This document shows positions 30,529 to 39,632 of a DNA stretch of 64,000 nt, one piece after another. A program made the translations under genes and the position numbers. The notes below the pieces were generated by a model that saw nothing but the letters and a program-made list of their open reading frames with translations, was not told where the DNA came from and searched no databases. This DNA comes from an uncultured Acidimicrobiaceae bacterium (GTDB lineage Bacteria; Actinomycetota; Acidimicrobiia; Spongiisociales; ZC4RG35), in assembly GCA_964558575.1 (NCBI GenBank), contig CAZLEQ010000004.1, positions 28,156 to 92,155 of the forward strand. The letters are read 5' to 3'. Each line of letters begins with the position of its first letter. Within the stretch, counting starts at the first letter, position 1.

Positions 30529-33500
30529 CTAACTACAACCCGTGGTGTCACCACACGTCAGGCAGACGTAGCAACTTCCGTTGCGAACGGTCATGTGGCC
30601 GCAGTTGGAGCAGGCCGGGGCATCGCCCATGTTCTCTGACAGGGCGGCGTTGGCGACACTCGCATCGCCGTTGGCGGCAGCCACCGACACCTTCTCCCGC
30701 TTCGGCGCCCTGATGTCCTCGTCGGGACCGTCGAGGTACTCGACTGCCGACCTCACCGCATCGACGTCGGAGTCGGCGGCGGCGTCGTCGAGCTCGAGTT
30801 GGACTCCGGCCTCGACAGCCAAGCCCTGTGGGGGCTCGGGGAGATCGCTCTCACGGTCAGGTGGCACCTGGGCCAGCTCGTCACGTCGCAGGTACTCGAC
30901 GCCGAGGGCGCGGAACACGTAGTCGACGATCGAATTGGCCATCTTGACGTTGGGATGGCCCTCGACCATGCCTCGGGGCTCGAAGGTCTGGAAGGTGAAT
31001 GTGTCCACGAACTCCTCCAAAGGCACGCCGTACTGGAGACCCTTGGAGACGGCGATGGCGAAACAGGACAGGATCCCCTTGAGGGTCGCCCCCTCTTTGG
31101 CCAAATCGATGAAGATCTCGCCGAGAGTGCCGTCCTCATACTCGCCGGTGCGCAGGTAGACCTTGTGGCCACCCACCCGAGCCTCCTGGTTGAAGCCGGA
31201 GCGTCGGGCGGGAAGCAGGAACCGGGGAGGCTTCATCCCCTGGGCGTAGGCCTGGGTCGGGGAGATGCCGGCGGGCAGGTTCCCCCAGTGGATGGTCTTC
31301 TCCGCTTCGACGGCGGCGGTGATCGCCTCGTCCTCGTCCTCGTTGCCCTCGCCCTCGTCGGCGGTCGAATTGAGTGGCTGGGCCGCCTTCGAACCGTCTC
31401 GGTAGAGGGCCATGGCCTTGAGACCCAGCTCCCAGGAGAGGTGATAGGCACCTTCTATCTCCTCGACGGTCACCTCGTGGGGCATGTTGATCGTCTTCGA
31501 GATCGCACCAGAGATGAACGGTTGAGCCACCGCCATCATCTTGATGTGACCGTTGTGGTGGATGAATCTCGTCCCGTACTTGCCGTTCTTGTTGGCAGTG
31601 TCGAACACCGAGAGATGCTTCTCCTCGATGTGAGGAGCATCCTCGATGGTCTGCCGTCCGCAGATGTGGTCGTTGGCCTCGGTGATCTGCTGTCTGGTGA
31701 ATCCGAGTGCTCTGAGCAGGTCGAAGTCCCAACTGGTGTACTCGTCGACGGAGAAGCCGAGCCGTTGCAGGGTCTCCTCGCCGAAGGTGAACACGTTGAA
31801 GGCGTGCTTCAGCTCGAACACCGCGGGCAGGGCTGCCTGAACCTTGAGGATGTCCTCCTCGGAGAACCCTTTCTCCAGCAACGTGTCGGTGTTGATGTGG
31901 GGAGCGCCCTCGATCGAGCTGGTGCCGACGATGTAGGTGACGATGTCGGAGATCTCCTGGGGCGCGTACCCGAGACGGGTCAGCGCGGGTGCCACCGACT
32001 GGTTGACGATCTTGAAGTAACCGCCACCGGCCAGCTTCTTGAACTTGACCAGGGCGAAGTCCGGCTCGACACCGGTTGTGTCACAGTCCATGAGCAGACC
32101 GATCGTCCCGGTGGGAGCGAGCACCGTCGCCTGCGCGTTGCGGTAGCCGTTGGCTTCACCCCTCTCTAGAGCCAGGTCCCACGAGGTACGGGCCGCTGCC
32201 AACAGGTCTTCGGGGCACGACTCGGGGTCGATCCCCATGACCTTCGTGGAGATGTTGTGGTAGTCGTCGCCGTCGTAGGCGGCAACCCGGTGGTTGCGGA
32301 TCACCCGGAGCATGGCGTCGCGGTTCTCCTCGAACTTGGGGAACGGCCCGACGACTTCCGCGACCTCCGCAGAGGTGGCATACGAGTACCCGGTGAGCAC
32401 CGAGGTGATCGCCCCGGCGATGGCCCGTCCCTCGTCGGAGTCGTAGGCGATGCCTTGACGCATCAGCAGCGACCCGAGGTTGGCATAGCCGAGACCGAGG
32501 GTCCGATAGTCGTGGGAGCCCTGGGCGATCTCCTTCGAGGGGAAGTGGGCCATGGCCACCGAGACCTCGAGGACGATGGTCCAGAGACGGATGGCGTGCT
32601 GGTAGGCGTCGATGTCGAAGGTGCCGGTCTCATCGTCATAGAGCCTGACCAGATTGATCGAGGCCAGGTTGCATGCGGTGTCGTCGAGGAACATGTACTC
32701 GCTGCACGGGTTTGACGCATTGATCCGGCCACCTGCCGGGCTGGTGTGCCACTCGTTGATCGTGGTGTCGAACTGGAGGCCGGGGTCGGCGCAGGCCCAG
32801 GCGGCCTCTGCGATCTGGTTCCACAGCTCGCGGGCCGTGACCGTCCTGCGCACCGAGCCATCGGTGCGGTTGATCAGATCCCAGTCACGGTCCTCCTCGA
32901 CCGCCTTGATGAAGTCGTAGGTGACCCGGACCGAGTTGTTCGAGTTCTGCCCGGACACGGTGGCGTAGGCCTCTCCGTTGAAGTCGGCCGGGAAGCCCCC
33001 ATGTTGGATCAGGACCTTGGCCTTCTCCTCCTCGATTTTCTTCCAGTCGACGAAGGTCTCGATGTCGGGATGGTCGACGTCGAGGATCACCATCTTGGCG
33101 GCACGGCGGGTGGTCCCCCCGGACTTGATGGCACCGGCGGCGCGATCGCCGATCTTGAGGAAGGACATCACGCCCGAGGACTTGCCTCCGCCCGAGAGCA
33201 ACTCGCCCTCGGCCCGGATAGCGGAGAAGTTGGACCCGGCGCCGGAGCCGAACTTGAAGATACGGGCCTCACGAAGCCAGAGATCCATGATGCCGCCCGG
33301 GTTGACCAGATCGTCGGTGACTCCGTTGATGAAGCAGGCGTGGGGGGCGGGTCGGCTGTACGAGTCGGGAGACTCGACCAGCTCTCCGGTCTCGTCGTCG
33401 ACGTACCAGAACCCCTGAGCCGGGCCGGTGATGTCGTAGGCGTGGTTGAGGCCGGTGTTGAACCACTGTGGTGAATTGGGGGCGGCGATCTGGGCGGCGA

Positions 33501-33894
33501 GCATGTACTTGAGCTCGTCCTCGAAGGCGTCGGCGTCGTCGGTCGAGGCGAAGTAACCCTCTTTCTCGCCCCAATGACGCCAGGTGCCGGCGAGACGGTC
33601 GAAGACCTGCTTCGAGGAGCGCTCCGGCCCGGTGACGGGATTGCCGTCCTCGTCCAAGATCTGGTTGCCCTCGTCGTCGACCTGGGGGACACCGGCCTTG
33701 CGGAAGTACTTGGACACCATGATGTCCGACGCCACCTGGCTCCAGCGGGCCGGGATCTCGGCGTCGGTCATCTCGAACACGATCGAACCATCGGGGTTGG
33801 TGATGCGGGAATCTCGGTGCGACCACTCGAACTGGCTGTAGGGGTCGGTTCCGGCCTCCGTGAAGCGTCGGGTGATCCGCAGGCCTTTGCTCAT
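30529..33894 (-). CDS. nrdJ: adenosylcobalamin-dependent (class II) ribonucleoside-diphosphate reductase
   Basis: 1121 aa from MSKGLRITRRFT. RNR catalytic core (NPCSEYMFLDDTACNLASINL, thiyl Cys loop). C-terminal CxxC...CxxC zinc-ribbon (CSNCGHMTVRNGSCYVCLTCG). Confidence 0.92.
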   Translation of the reverse strand: MSKGLRITRRFTEAGTDPYSQFEWSHRDSRITNPDGSIVFEMTDAEIPARWSQVASDIMVSKYFRKAGVPQVDDEGNQILDEDGNPVTGPERSSKQVFDRLAGTWRHWGEKEGYFASTDDADAFEDELKYMLAAQIAAPNSPQWFNTGLNHAYDITGPAQGFWYVDDETGELVESPDSYSRPAPHACFINGVTDDLVNPGGIMDLWLREARIFKFGSGAGSNFSAIRAEGELLSGGGKSSGVMSFLKIGDRAAGAIKSGGTTRRAAKMVILDVDHPDIETFVDWKKIEEEKAKVLIQHGGFPADFNGEAYATVSGQNSNNSVRVTYDFIKAVEEDRDWDLINRTDGSVRRTVTARELWNQIAEAAWACADPGLQFDTTINEWHTSPAGGRINASNPCSEYMFLDDTACNLASINLVRLYDDETGTFDIDAYQHAIRLWTIVLEVSVAMAHFPSKEIAQGSHDYRTLGLGYANLGSLLMRQGIAYDSDEGRAIAGAITSVLTGYSYATSAEVAEVVGPFPKFEENRDAMLRVIRNHRVAAYDGDDYHNISTKVMGIDPESCPEDLLAAARTSWDLALERGEANGYRNAQATVLAPTGTIGLLMDCDTTGVEPDFALVKFKKLAGGGYFKIVNQSVAPALTRLGYAPQEISDIVTYIVGTSSIEGAPHINTDTLLEKGFSEEDILKVQAALPAVFELKHAFNVFTFGEETLQRLGFSVDEYTSWDFDLLRALGFTRQQITEANDHICGRQTIEDAPHIEEKHLSVFDTANKNGKYGTRFIHHNGHIKMMAVAQPFISGAISKTINMPHEVTVEEIEGAYHLSWELGLKAMALYRDGSKAAQPLNSTADEGEGNEDEDEAITAAVEAEKTIHWGNLPAGISPTQAYAQGMKPPRFLLPARRSGFNQEARVGGHKVYLRTGEYEDGTLGEIFIDLAKEGATLKGILSCFAIAVSKGLQYGVPLEEFVDTFTFQTFEPRGMVEGHPNVKMANSIVDYVFRALGVEYLRRDELAQVPPDRESDLPEPPQGLAVEAGVQLELDDAAADSDVDAVRSAVEYLDGPDEDIRAPKREKVSVAAANGDASVANAALSENMGDAPACSNCGHMTVRNGSCYVCLTCGDTTGCS

Positions 33895-33965
33895 GTATTC
33901 CTCCTCGACCGGGGTCCGCCCCTCCCTACCGGGATCTGTCAGGACGGGTTCATTCTCAACTCCAA

Positions 33966-34012
33966 CCACAAGATGTTGTGGTCTGGGGGGAAGTGACCAC
34001 TAGATCTTGTAT
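33966..34012 (-). promoter_or_regulatory. tandem NrdR boxes upstream of nrdJ
   Basis: CCACAAGATGTTGTGG (7-bp perfect arms) and CCACTAGATCTTGTAT, starts 31 bp apart. Matches the NrdR-box consensus acaCwAtATaTwGtgt and tandem spacing. Embedded in an unusually AT-rich leader. Confidence 0.5.
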
Positions 34013-34221
34013 GGACTCCAATACTGTAATTACACCAGTGTCATCCGTCAACCATCAGTTTTCCACAGGCGCGACAGACCTGTAATGGCATCGTCAGCCG
34101 GATGCCGACGGGGGAAGTAGAGGTCAGCGGCATGCACCGGGGGGAAGTGAGGCTGACGATAAACCGTCGCCGATCCAGCGGTCCACCGGTTTCGTTCCTG
34201 GCTTTTCGCGGTCTCCGCGGG

Positions 34222-34761
34222 TCAGTCCACGTCGACGTCGATGTCGAGAGCGCCATCGTCCCATCGGACCTCGACCCGGACGTCGGTATCTGCGCTCTCG
34301 AACTCCACCCGCACCCGGGGCGGGCCCGGGTCGTCGACCTCCACCGAGAAACCAGGCGCCGGAGTGGCCGCCTGAAGTTCGGCCTCGCCAGGGCGGTAGC
34401 GGACCACCACCACACCGCCGGGCGTTGTCACGGTGCGGAGGCTCCACGAGGCGGTGGCGATCGATGACGTGGAGGAGGATGTGGAAGTGACCGAGGTCGT
34501 GGATGGACCAGGCGATGTCGAACTCGACGTGGTGGCGCCGGGGATGGTCGTCGTGGTCGGAGCCGGCGCTGCTGTGGAGCTGACGTCGGCGGCGGGGGAA
34601 GTCGTGGATCCCGAGGGGTCCTGTGGCGTGTCGAGGGTAGGGGCCACCGCCACAGGCCCCTCGCCCACCTGGGAGTCGGCGAGGCCGACGATCTGCCAGG
34701 CGAGGACGGTGGCTACGACCAGGGCCACGACCCATGCGGCTGCCATGCGCCAGGAGATCAT
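34222..34761 (-). CDS. secreted/membrane-anchored Ser/Thr-rich protein with C-terminal beta-rich domain
   Basis: 179 aa. N-terminal hydrophobic anchor, S/T/P-rich linker. C-terminal ...VVVRYRPGEAELQAATPAPGFSVEVDDPGPPRVRVEFESADTDVRVEVRWDDG. Confidence 0.5.
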   Translation of the reverse strand: MISWRMAAAWVVALVVATVLAWQIVGLADSQVGEGPVAVAPTLDTPQDPSGSTTSPAADVSSTAAPAPTTTTIPGATTSSSTSPGPSTTSVTSTSSSTSSIATASWSLRTVTTPGGVVVVRYRPGEAELQAATPAPGFSVEVDDPGPPRVRVEFESADTDVRVEVRWDDGALDIDVDVD

Positions 34762-34862
34762 GCGTCGATTGTCCCAGGCTCACCAGCAACGAGGAGTCAA
34801 CGGAGTCTCAAGGTTCCCTCAAGACGACGATGCGGAGACGACGGTGGTCGTAATCTCACACC

Positions 34863-35546
34863 GTGCCACGGATCGTCCTCATCGAAGACGACGTCGAGAT
34901 CAGACGACTCGCCGCCGGCGCTCTCGCCGAGCAGGGCCATGACGTCGAGAGCGCCGACCGTGCCCTCGAGGGTCTGGAGCTGGCGGTCAAGGGCAATCCC
35001 GACCTGGTGGTGCTCGACCTCGGACTTCCCGATATCGACGGGACCGAGCTCCTGGCGATGATCCGCGCCGTCAGCCAGGTCCCGGTGATCGTGATCACCG
35101 CCCGGGGAGCCGACGAGACGGTGGTCGCCACCCTGGACTCCGGCGCTGACGACTATCTGGTGAAACCCTTTTCGATGACCCAGCTGGAAGCCCGGGTGAG
35201 AGCTGTGCTCCGCCGCCGCGGCGGTGGGGTGCAGGAGAGCAGGATCTCAGTCGGAGAGTTGGTGGTCGACGTCCCCGCCCGCACCGCCACCCTCGGCGGC
35301 GAGACCCTCGACCTCAGCCCCAAGGAGTTCGACACGCTGCGAACTCTGGTCGAGCATGCCGGCGAGGTGATGACCAAACGCGAGCTGCTCGCCGAGGTGT
35401 GGCGCGAGCCATACGGCGGGTCCGACCACACCGTCGACGTTCACATCTCCTGGCTGCGCAAGAAGCTCGGTGAGACCGCCCAGCAGCCCCGATACATCCA
35501 CACGGTCCATGGCGTCGGGGTGAAGCTGGTCGACCCCGATCAGTGA
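34863..35546 (+). CDS. OmpR/PhoB family response regulator
   Basis: Receiver (IVLIEDD...LDLGLPDIDG...DDYLVKPF) plus winged-helix output. GTG start. Confidence 0.9.
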   Translation: MPRIVLIEDDVEIRRLAAGALAEQGHDVESADRALEGLELAVKGNPDLVVLDLGLPDIDGTELLAMIRAVSQVPVIVITARGADETVVATLDSGADDYLVKPFSMTQLEARVRAVLRRRGGGVQESRISVGELVVDVPARTATLGGETLDLSPKEFDTLRTLVEHAGEVMTKRELLAEVWREPYGGSDHTVDVHISWLRKKLGETAQQPRYIHTVHGVGVKLVDPDQ

Positions 35547-36805
35547 GACGCAGACTCGTCCTGCTCAGCTTGGCCACGACGGTGCTGGTCGTGGTGGCCT
35601 TCGTCGTGCCGCTCGGGCTCTTGGTTCGGAGACAGGCCGCGGACAGCGCCAAGGTGGCCGCAGAGCGGGACGCCCAGTCGGTGGCAGGGCTGGTCGCTCT
35701 CGCCTCGGGAGTCGGTGCCGGCTCCGCTGCGGTGGCCTCGGCCCTCGGGGACCTTCCCGAAGGGACCATCGTCGTTCTCGACGGCGACGTCCTCGGCGAG
35801 CCGCGTCAGGGGCAGGGCTCACTGGCAGCGGTGGCGGCCCAGTCCCGGAGCACCGTGGTCGACGAGGTGGACGGCGGCTGGGAGATCGCTCTCCCCGTGG
35901 TGAGTGTGTCCGGTGTCGCCGTGGTCGACTCGTTCGTCACCAGCGCCGAGCTCACTTCGGGGGTGATGACGGCGTGGGCCCTGCTCGGGCTGCTCGGCTT
36001 GGTCCTCATCGGCTTGGCGGTCTGGATCGCTGACCGTCTCGGCGGGAGCCTCACCAGCCCCATCGCCGACCTGGCCAGGTCCGCCCATCGGCTGGCAGAG
36101 GGCGACCTGAGCGTCCGGGTCGAGCCGTCCGACCCCGAGGAGCTGCGAGAGACCGGGGAGGCGTTCAACTACCTCGCCGAACGTCTCGACCAGCTGTTGG
36201 CCGAGGAGAGGGAGAGCGTCGCCGACCTCTCCCATCGCTTGCGCACACCCCTCACCTCATTGCGTCTCCAAGCCGAGGCCCTGGGCTACGAGGAGGAGCG
36301 CAAGGCGATGATCGGCCAGGTCGATCGTCTCGAGCACGCCATGAACCAGGTGATCGACCTGGCACGGTCGCGGGCGGCGCAGGAGCCCGGCGAGTGCGAC
36401 CTCGACCGGGTGGTCTCCGAGCGTGTCACCTTCTGGAGCGTCCTCGCCGAGGAGCAGGACCGCGACCTGACTTCCGAGCTGGCAGCCGCCGGGGCCAAGG
36501 TCCCGCTGAGCTCCGAAGACCTGGGAGTAGTGATCGACACCGTCGTCGGAAACGTCTTCGCCCATACCTCGCCCGGCACGGCATTCACCGTCCATAGCGG
36601 GGCGACTCCGGCTCCATGGTTCGAAGTCGCCGATCGGGGGCCGGGGTTCGGAGGGCAGCCGCTGGTCGAACGCGGCGCCAGTGGGTCGGGCTCGACCGGG
36701 CTCGGCCTCGACATCGTGCGCAAGACCGTCCAGGCGGCCGGGGGAACCGTGGATGCCCACGACCGCCCCGGGGGAGGGGCGGTCGTGAGGGTCAGCTTCG
36801 GCTGA
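35543..36805 (+). CDS. sensor histidine kinase (HAMP-HisKA-HATPase)
   Basis: Two TM helices. HAMP. H-box HRLRTPLTSLRL. G-boxes GLGLDIV. Overlaps the RR stop. Confidence 0.85.
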   Translation: MRRRLVLLSLATTVLVVVAFVVPLGLLVRRQAADSAKVAAERDAQSVAGLVALASGVGAGSAAVASALGDLPEGTIVVLDGDVLGEPRQGQGSLAAVAAQSRSTVVDEVDGGWEIALPVVSVSGVAVVDSFVTSAELTSGVMTAWALLGLLGLVLIGLAVWIADRLGGSLTSPIADLARSAHRLAEGDLSVRVEPSDPEELRETGEAFNYLAERLDQLLAEERESVADLSHRLRTPLTSLRLQAEALGYEEERKAMIGQVDRLEHAMNQVIDLARSRAAQEPGECDLDRVVSERVTFWSVLAEEQDRDLTSELAAAGAKVPLSSEDLGVVIDTVVGNVFAHTSPGTAFTVHSGATPAPWFEVADRGPGFGGQPLVERGASGSGSTGLGLDIVRKTVQAAGGTVDAHDRPGGGAVVRVSFG

Positions 36806-36808
36806 GAG

Positions 36809-37384
36809 TCAGCGCAGGTCGACTTCGATCTCCACCTCGACCCGGCCGTTCTTCAGCCGGGCCTCGAACTCGGCCTCGGCCTCGAGCCCTGAGGTGAGCT
36901 CGAGCTCGATGCGGTCGGGCTCGATCTTGTTGCGCTTCACCTTCCAGCCGGGAGCCGAGACGGAGACCAAGATGAGCTGGCCGGATCTCACCTCCAGGGT
37001 GACGGTCCCGACCCCAGGGATCAGGTGGGTGGTCACACCATCTGGAACCTGCCTGGCGTCACTGTCGGCGAAGCTGGTCGAAGTCGAGGAGGCGACGGAG
37101 GTCGACGTCGTCGAACTGAGACTCGTCGAGGTCGTTCCAGCGATGCTGGTCGAGGTCGAAGCATTGGCGCTCGTCGAGGTCGATGCCGGCATGCTCGTAG
37201 ACGGGGACGAGTTGGGGACGGTCACCTCGGTCGACGGTGTGGACACATCAGCCGAGACTCTGGCAGAAGTGTCGCTCTCAGCCGTGACCGACGTCGACGT
37301 CGCATCGCCACCGGCCCAGGCCACACCGACCACCGCCATCCCGGCGACGACCGCCGTGAACATGGCGAACATCTTCTTGACCAT
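36809..37384 (-). CDS. secreted Ser/Thr-rich protein, paralog of 34222..34761
   Basis: Signal peptide MVKKMFAMFTAVVAGMAVVGVAWA. TSTS low-complexity. C-terminal ...GTVTLEVRSGQLILVSVSAPGWKVKRNKIEPDRIELELTSG...VEVEIEVD shows the same architecture as the upstream paralog. Confidence 0.55.
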   Translation of the reverse strand: MVKKMFAMFTAVVAGMAVVGVAWAGGDATSTSVTAESDTSARVSADVSTPSTEVTVPNSSPSTSMPASTSTSANASTSTSIAGTTSTSLSSTTSTSVASSTSTSFADSDARQVPDGVTTHLIPGVGTVTLEVRSGQLILVSVSAPGWKVKRNKIEPDRIELELTSGLEAEAEFEARLKNGRVEVEIEVDLR

Positions 37385-37483
37385 CAGTTACCTCCTTTGG
37401 TGAACCGTGAGCACCACTGTGCGTCGCTCCACGTCAGGAGGTCTTCAGACAGTGCTCAAGGAGTCCTCAAGATCCCGCTTCGA

Positions 37484-37536
37484 CCGTTCTGTGCGGGTTT
37501 ACCACCGACAGGTGCAAGTCAACCCGCACAGAACGG
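37484..37536. repeat. palindromic element CCGTTCTGTGCGGGTT-N21-AACCCGCACAGAACGG (copy 1)
   Basis: 16-bp perfect stem. Its left arm (TTCTGTGCGGGTTYACCRCC) recurs at about 52180..52199 with a degenerate right arm at about 52220..52229. Confidence 0.4.
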
Positions 37537-37542
37537 CTCCGG

Positions 37543-38139
37543 TTACCGGGCCGGGTGGTCCCAGGCGTCCTCCGGCCGGCCGGTGTCGATGCTCCAGCGG
37601 GGGAGGAAGAACTGGACGATGGGACCGATGAACACGGCGAAGGCGATGGTCCCGACGCCGAACGTTCCGCCCAACAGGATTCCCGCGATCAACACCAGGA
37701 TCTCGAGGCCCCATCGGGTGACCCGGATCGACGGACCGCGTCGGGCGATGGCGGTCATCACCCCGTCGCGTGGTCCGGGCCCGAGATTCGCACCGATGTA
37801 CATGCCCGATGCCAACCCGATGAGGATGATCCCTGCTGCCAGCATGACCGTCTCGAGCCAGACGTTGGGCGGGCGAGGGATGACCAGGACCCCGAGGTCG
37901 ATGACCACCCCGATGACTATGGCGTTGAGGACCGTGCCGATCCCGTAGCGCTCGCGAAGCGGTAGCCACAGGAGGAGGACGACGAAGGAGATGATGATCG
38001 ACCAGATCCCCACGGTGAGACCGAACTGCTCGGTGAGCCCCTGGTGGAGGACGTCCCAGGGAGGCAGCCCCAACTCGGACTGCAACATCAAGGCGATGCC
38101 CAACCCGAACAACACCAGACCGACGTTTAGTTGGATCAT
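37543..38139 (-). CDS. YczE/COG2364-like membrane protein
   Basis: VGLVLFGLGIALMLQSELGLPPWDVLHQGLTEQFGLTVGIWSIIISFVVLLLWLPLRERYGIGTVLNAIVIG pattern of the YczE family. Confidence 0.55.
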   Translation of the reverse strand: MIQLNVGLVLFGLGIALMLQSELGLPPWDVLHQGLTEQFGLTVGIWSIIISFVVLLLWLPLRERYGIGTVLNAIVIGVVIDLGVLVIPRPPNVWLETVMLAAGIILIGLASGMYIGANLGPGPRDGVMTAIARRGPSIRVTRWGLEILVLIAGILLGGTFGVGTIAFAVFIGPIVQFFLPRWSIDTGRPEDAWDHPAR

Positions 38140-38225
38140 GCGGCGGCGCAGGTTCCTGCCGCTCACGGAGATGAACATGGCCGCGGCACGCTAACAATGA
38201 CCTCGACGAACCGACAGGAGACCTC

Positions 38226-38900
38226 ATGGCAATCGATTTCACCGTCAGCGACGCGGCCGGGGAGCCTTGGGCCCTCTCCCAGCACCTCGATGCCGCGGTG
38301 GTGCTCACATTCCAGCGGGGAGATTTCTGAAGCTACTGTCACGGCCAGTTGGCCGTCATGGCGCAGCGGCACGGTGAGTTCCTGGAGCGGGGGGCGCGCG
38401 TCTTCGCCATCAGCGCCGACACTGCACCGATGAACGCCGCCATCGTCGAGAAACTCGCCCTCCCCTTCCCCATCCTCGCCGACCCGGGGCGGGACCTCCT
38501 GATCACACCGCTCGGGTTCGCCGACGAGACCGATCCCCGGGAGATCGCCCGTCCGGGGGCGGCCGTCTTCTCTCCCGAGGGCGACCTGATCTACTCCATG
38601 GTCGGACGCGACTACGCCGATCGTCCCGAGGAGGATGTCCTCCTGGAGCAAGTGACGTCGTTGGGACTGTCCCCGACCAGCCAGGGCCCTCCGAAGGTGG
38701 GCGTGGTGGAGCCCGGGGAGAAGGCGGTGCCCTTCGAAGGTCTCCCTCACTACTTCCGTGGGGCCAAGTTCACCGCCCTCGCCATCCGGCGACGTCATCG
38801 CGACCTCGGCGAAGACTTCGCTGACGACACCACGGCCTATCTGGCGATGGTCGAGCGCTATCTCGATGCATTGACCGAGGTGGAGGAGCGCAGGGAATAA
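38226..38900 (+). CDS. candidate selenoprotein: redoxin/Prx-like thiol peroxidase with in-frame UGA (Sec) in an FUSYC motif
   Basis: Continuous reading frame MAIDFTVSDAAGEPWALSQHLDAAVVLTFQRGDF-TGA-SYCHGQLAVMAQRHGEFLERGARVFAISAD...LALPFPILADPG...AAVFSPEGDL. Thioredoxin-fold AhpC/TSA family homology on both sides of the TGA. The TGA sits at the T/C position of the T/CxxC peroxidatic motif. Hairpin ACGGCC-AGUU-GGCCGU 11 nt downstream. Confidence 0.55.
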
Positions 38901-38909
38901 CCTCGCCCC

Positions 38910-39632
38910 ATGGAGGGGCCAAAGGTCCAGTTGTTCGTCACCTGCCTGGTCGACTCCCTCGCACCCGAGGTCGGCCGGGCCACGGTCGACGCGCTCGAGA
39001 AGGGCGGTTGCGTCGTGGAGTTCCCTCTCGACCAGGGATGCTGCGGCCAGCCCGCCTTCAACGTCGGGCTCGTCGATCATGCCCGGTCGATGGCCGCCCA
39101 CACCCTCGAAGTGCTCGACGCGACCGAAGGCCCGATCGTGGTCCCGTCGGGATCATGTGCGGCGATGATCGCTCGTCACTACCGCGGGCTCTTCAACGAC
39201 GCCGACCGGGCCCAACAGGTGATCCGGATCTCCTCGAGGATCCGCGAGCTGACCCAGTTCCTCGTCGATGATCTCGAAGCAGAGATCACCGCCTCTTGCC
39301 AAGGCTGCACCATCGCATACCACTACTCCTGTCACGGTCTGCGTGAGATGGGCCTGGACCATCAGGCAGACCGGCTGCTCCAAGATGTGGAGCGCGTCGA
39401 CCTCGAAGGGGCGACCGAATGCTGCGGATTCGGCGGCCTCTTCTCGGTGGAGATGCCTGCGGTCTCCGAAGCGATCATGGACGTCAAACTCGACCAGATC
39501 GAGGCGTCGGGGGCGAATACCGTGGTGGGCTCGGACATCTCCTGTCTGCTGCACATCGAGGGAGGGCTTCGCCGTCGCGGCTCCCCAGTGGCGGTCAAGC
39601 ACATCGCGCAACTCATCGGCGACGACTCGTGA
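38910..39632 (+). CDS. lutA: lactate utilization protein A, (Fe-S)-binding CCG-domain oxidoreductase subunit
   Basis: Two CCG motifs (CLVD...CCGQP and YHYSCH...CCGFGG). Confidence 0.85.
   Translation: MEGPKVQLFVTCLVDSLAPEVGRATVDALEKGGCVVEFPLDQGCCGQPAFNVGLVDHARSMAAHTLEVLDATEGPIVVPSGSCAAMIARHYRGLFNDADRAQQVIRISSRIRELTQFLVDDLEAEITASCQGCTIAYHYSCHGLREMGLDHQADRLLQDVERVDLEGATECCGFGGLFSVEMPAVSEAIMDVKLDQIEASGANTVVGSDISCLLHIEGGLRRRGSPVAVKHIAQLIGDDS

Noticed and set aside
30529-33894. Intein inside the unusually long nrdJ
   Set aside because: No contiguous insertion of about 130-450 aa bounded by Cys/Ser...His-Asn with homing-endonuclease motifs. The extra length is spread out and lies in the C-terminal linker and Zn-ribbon.
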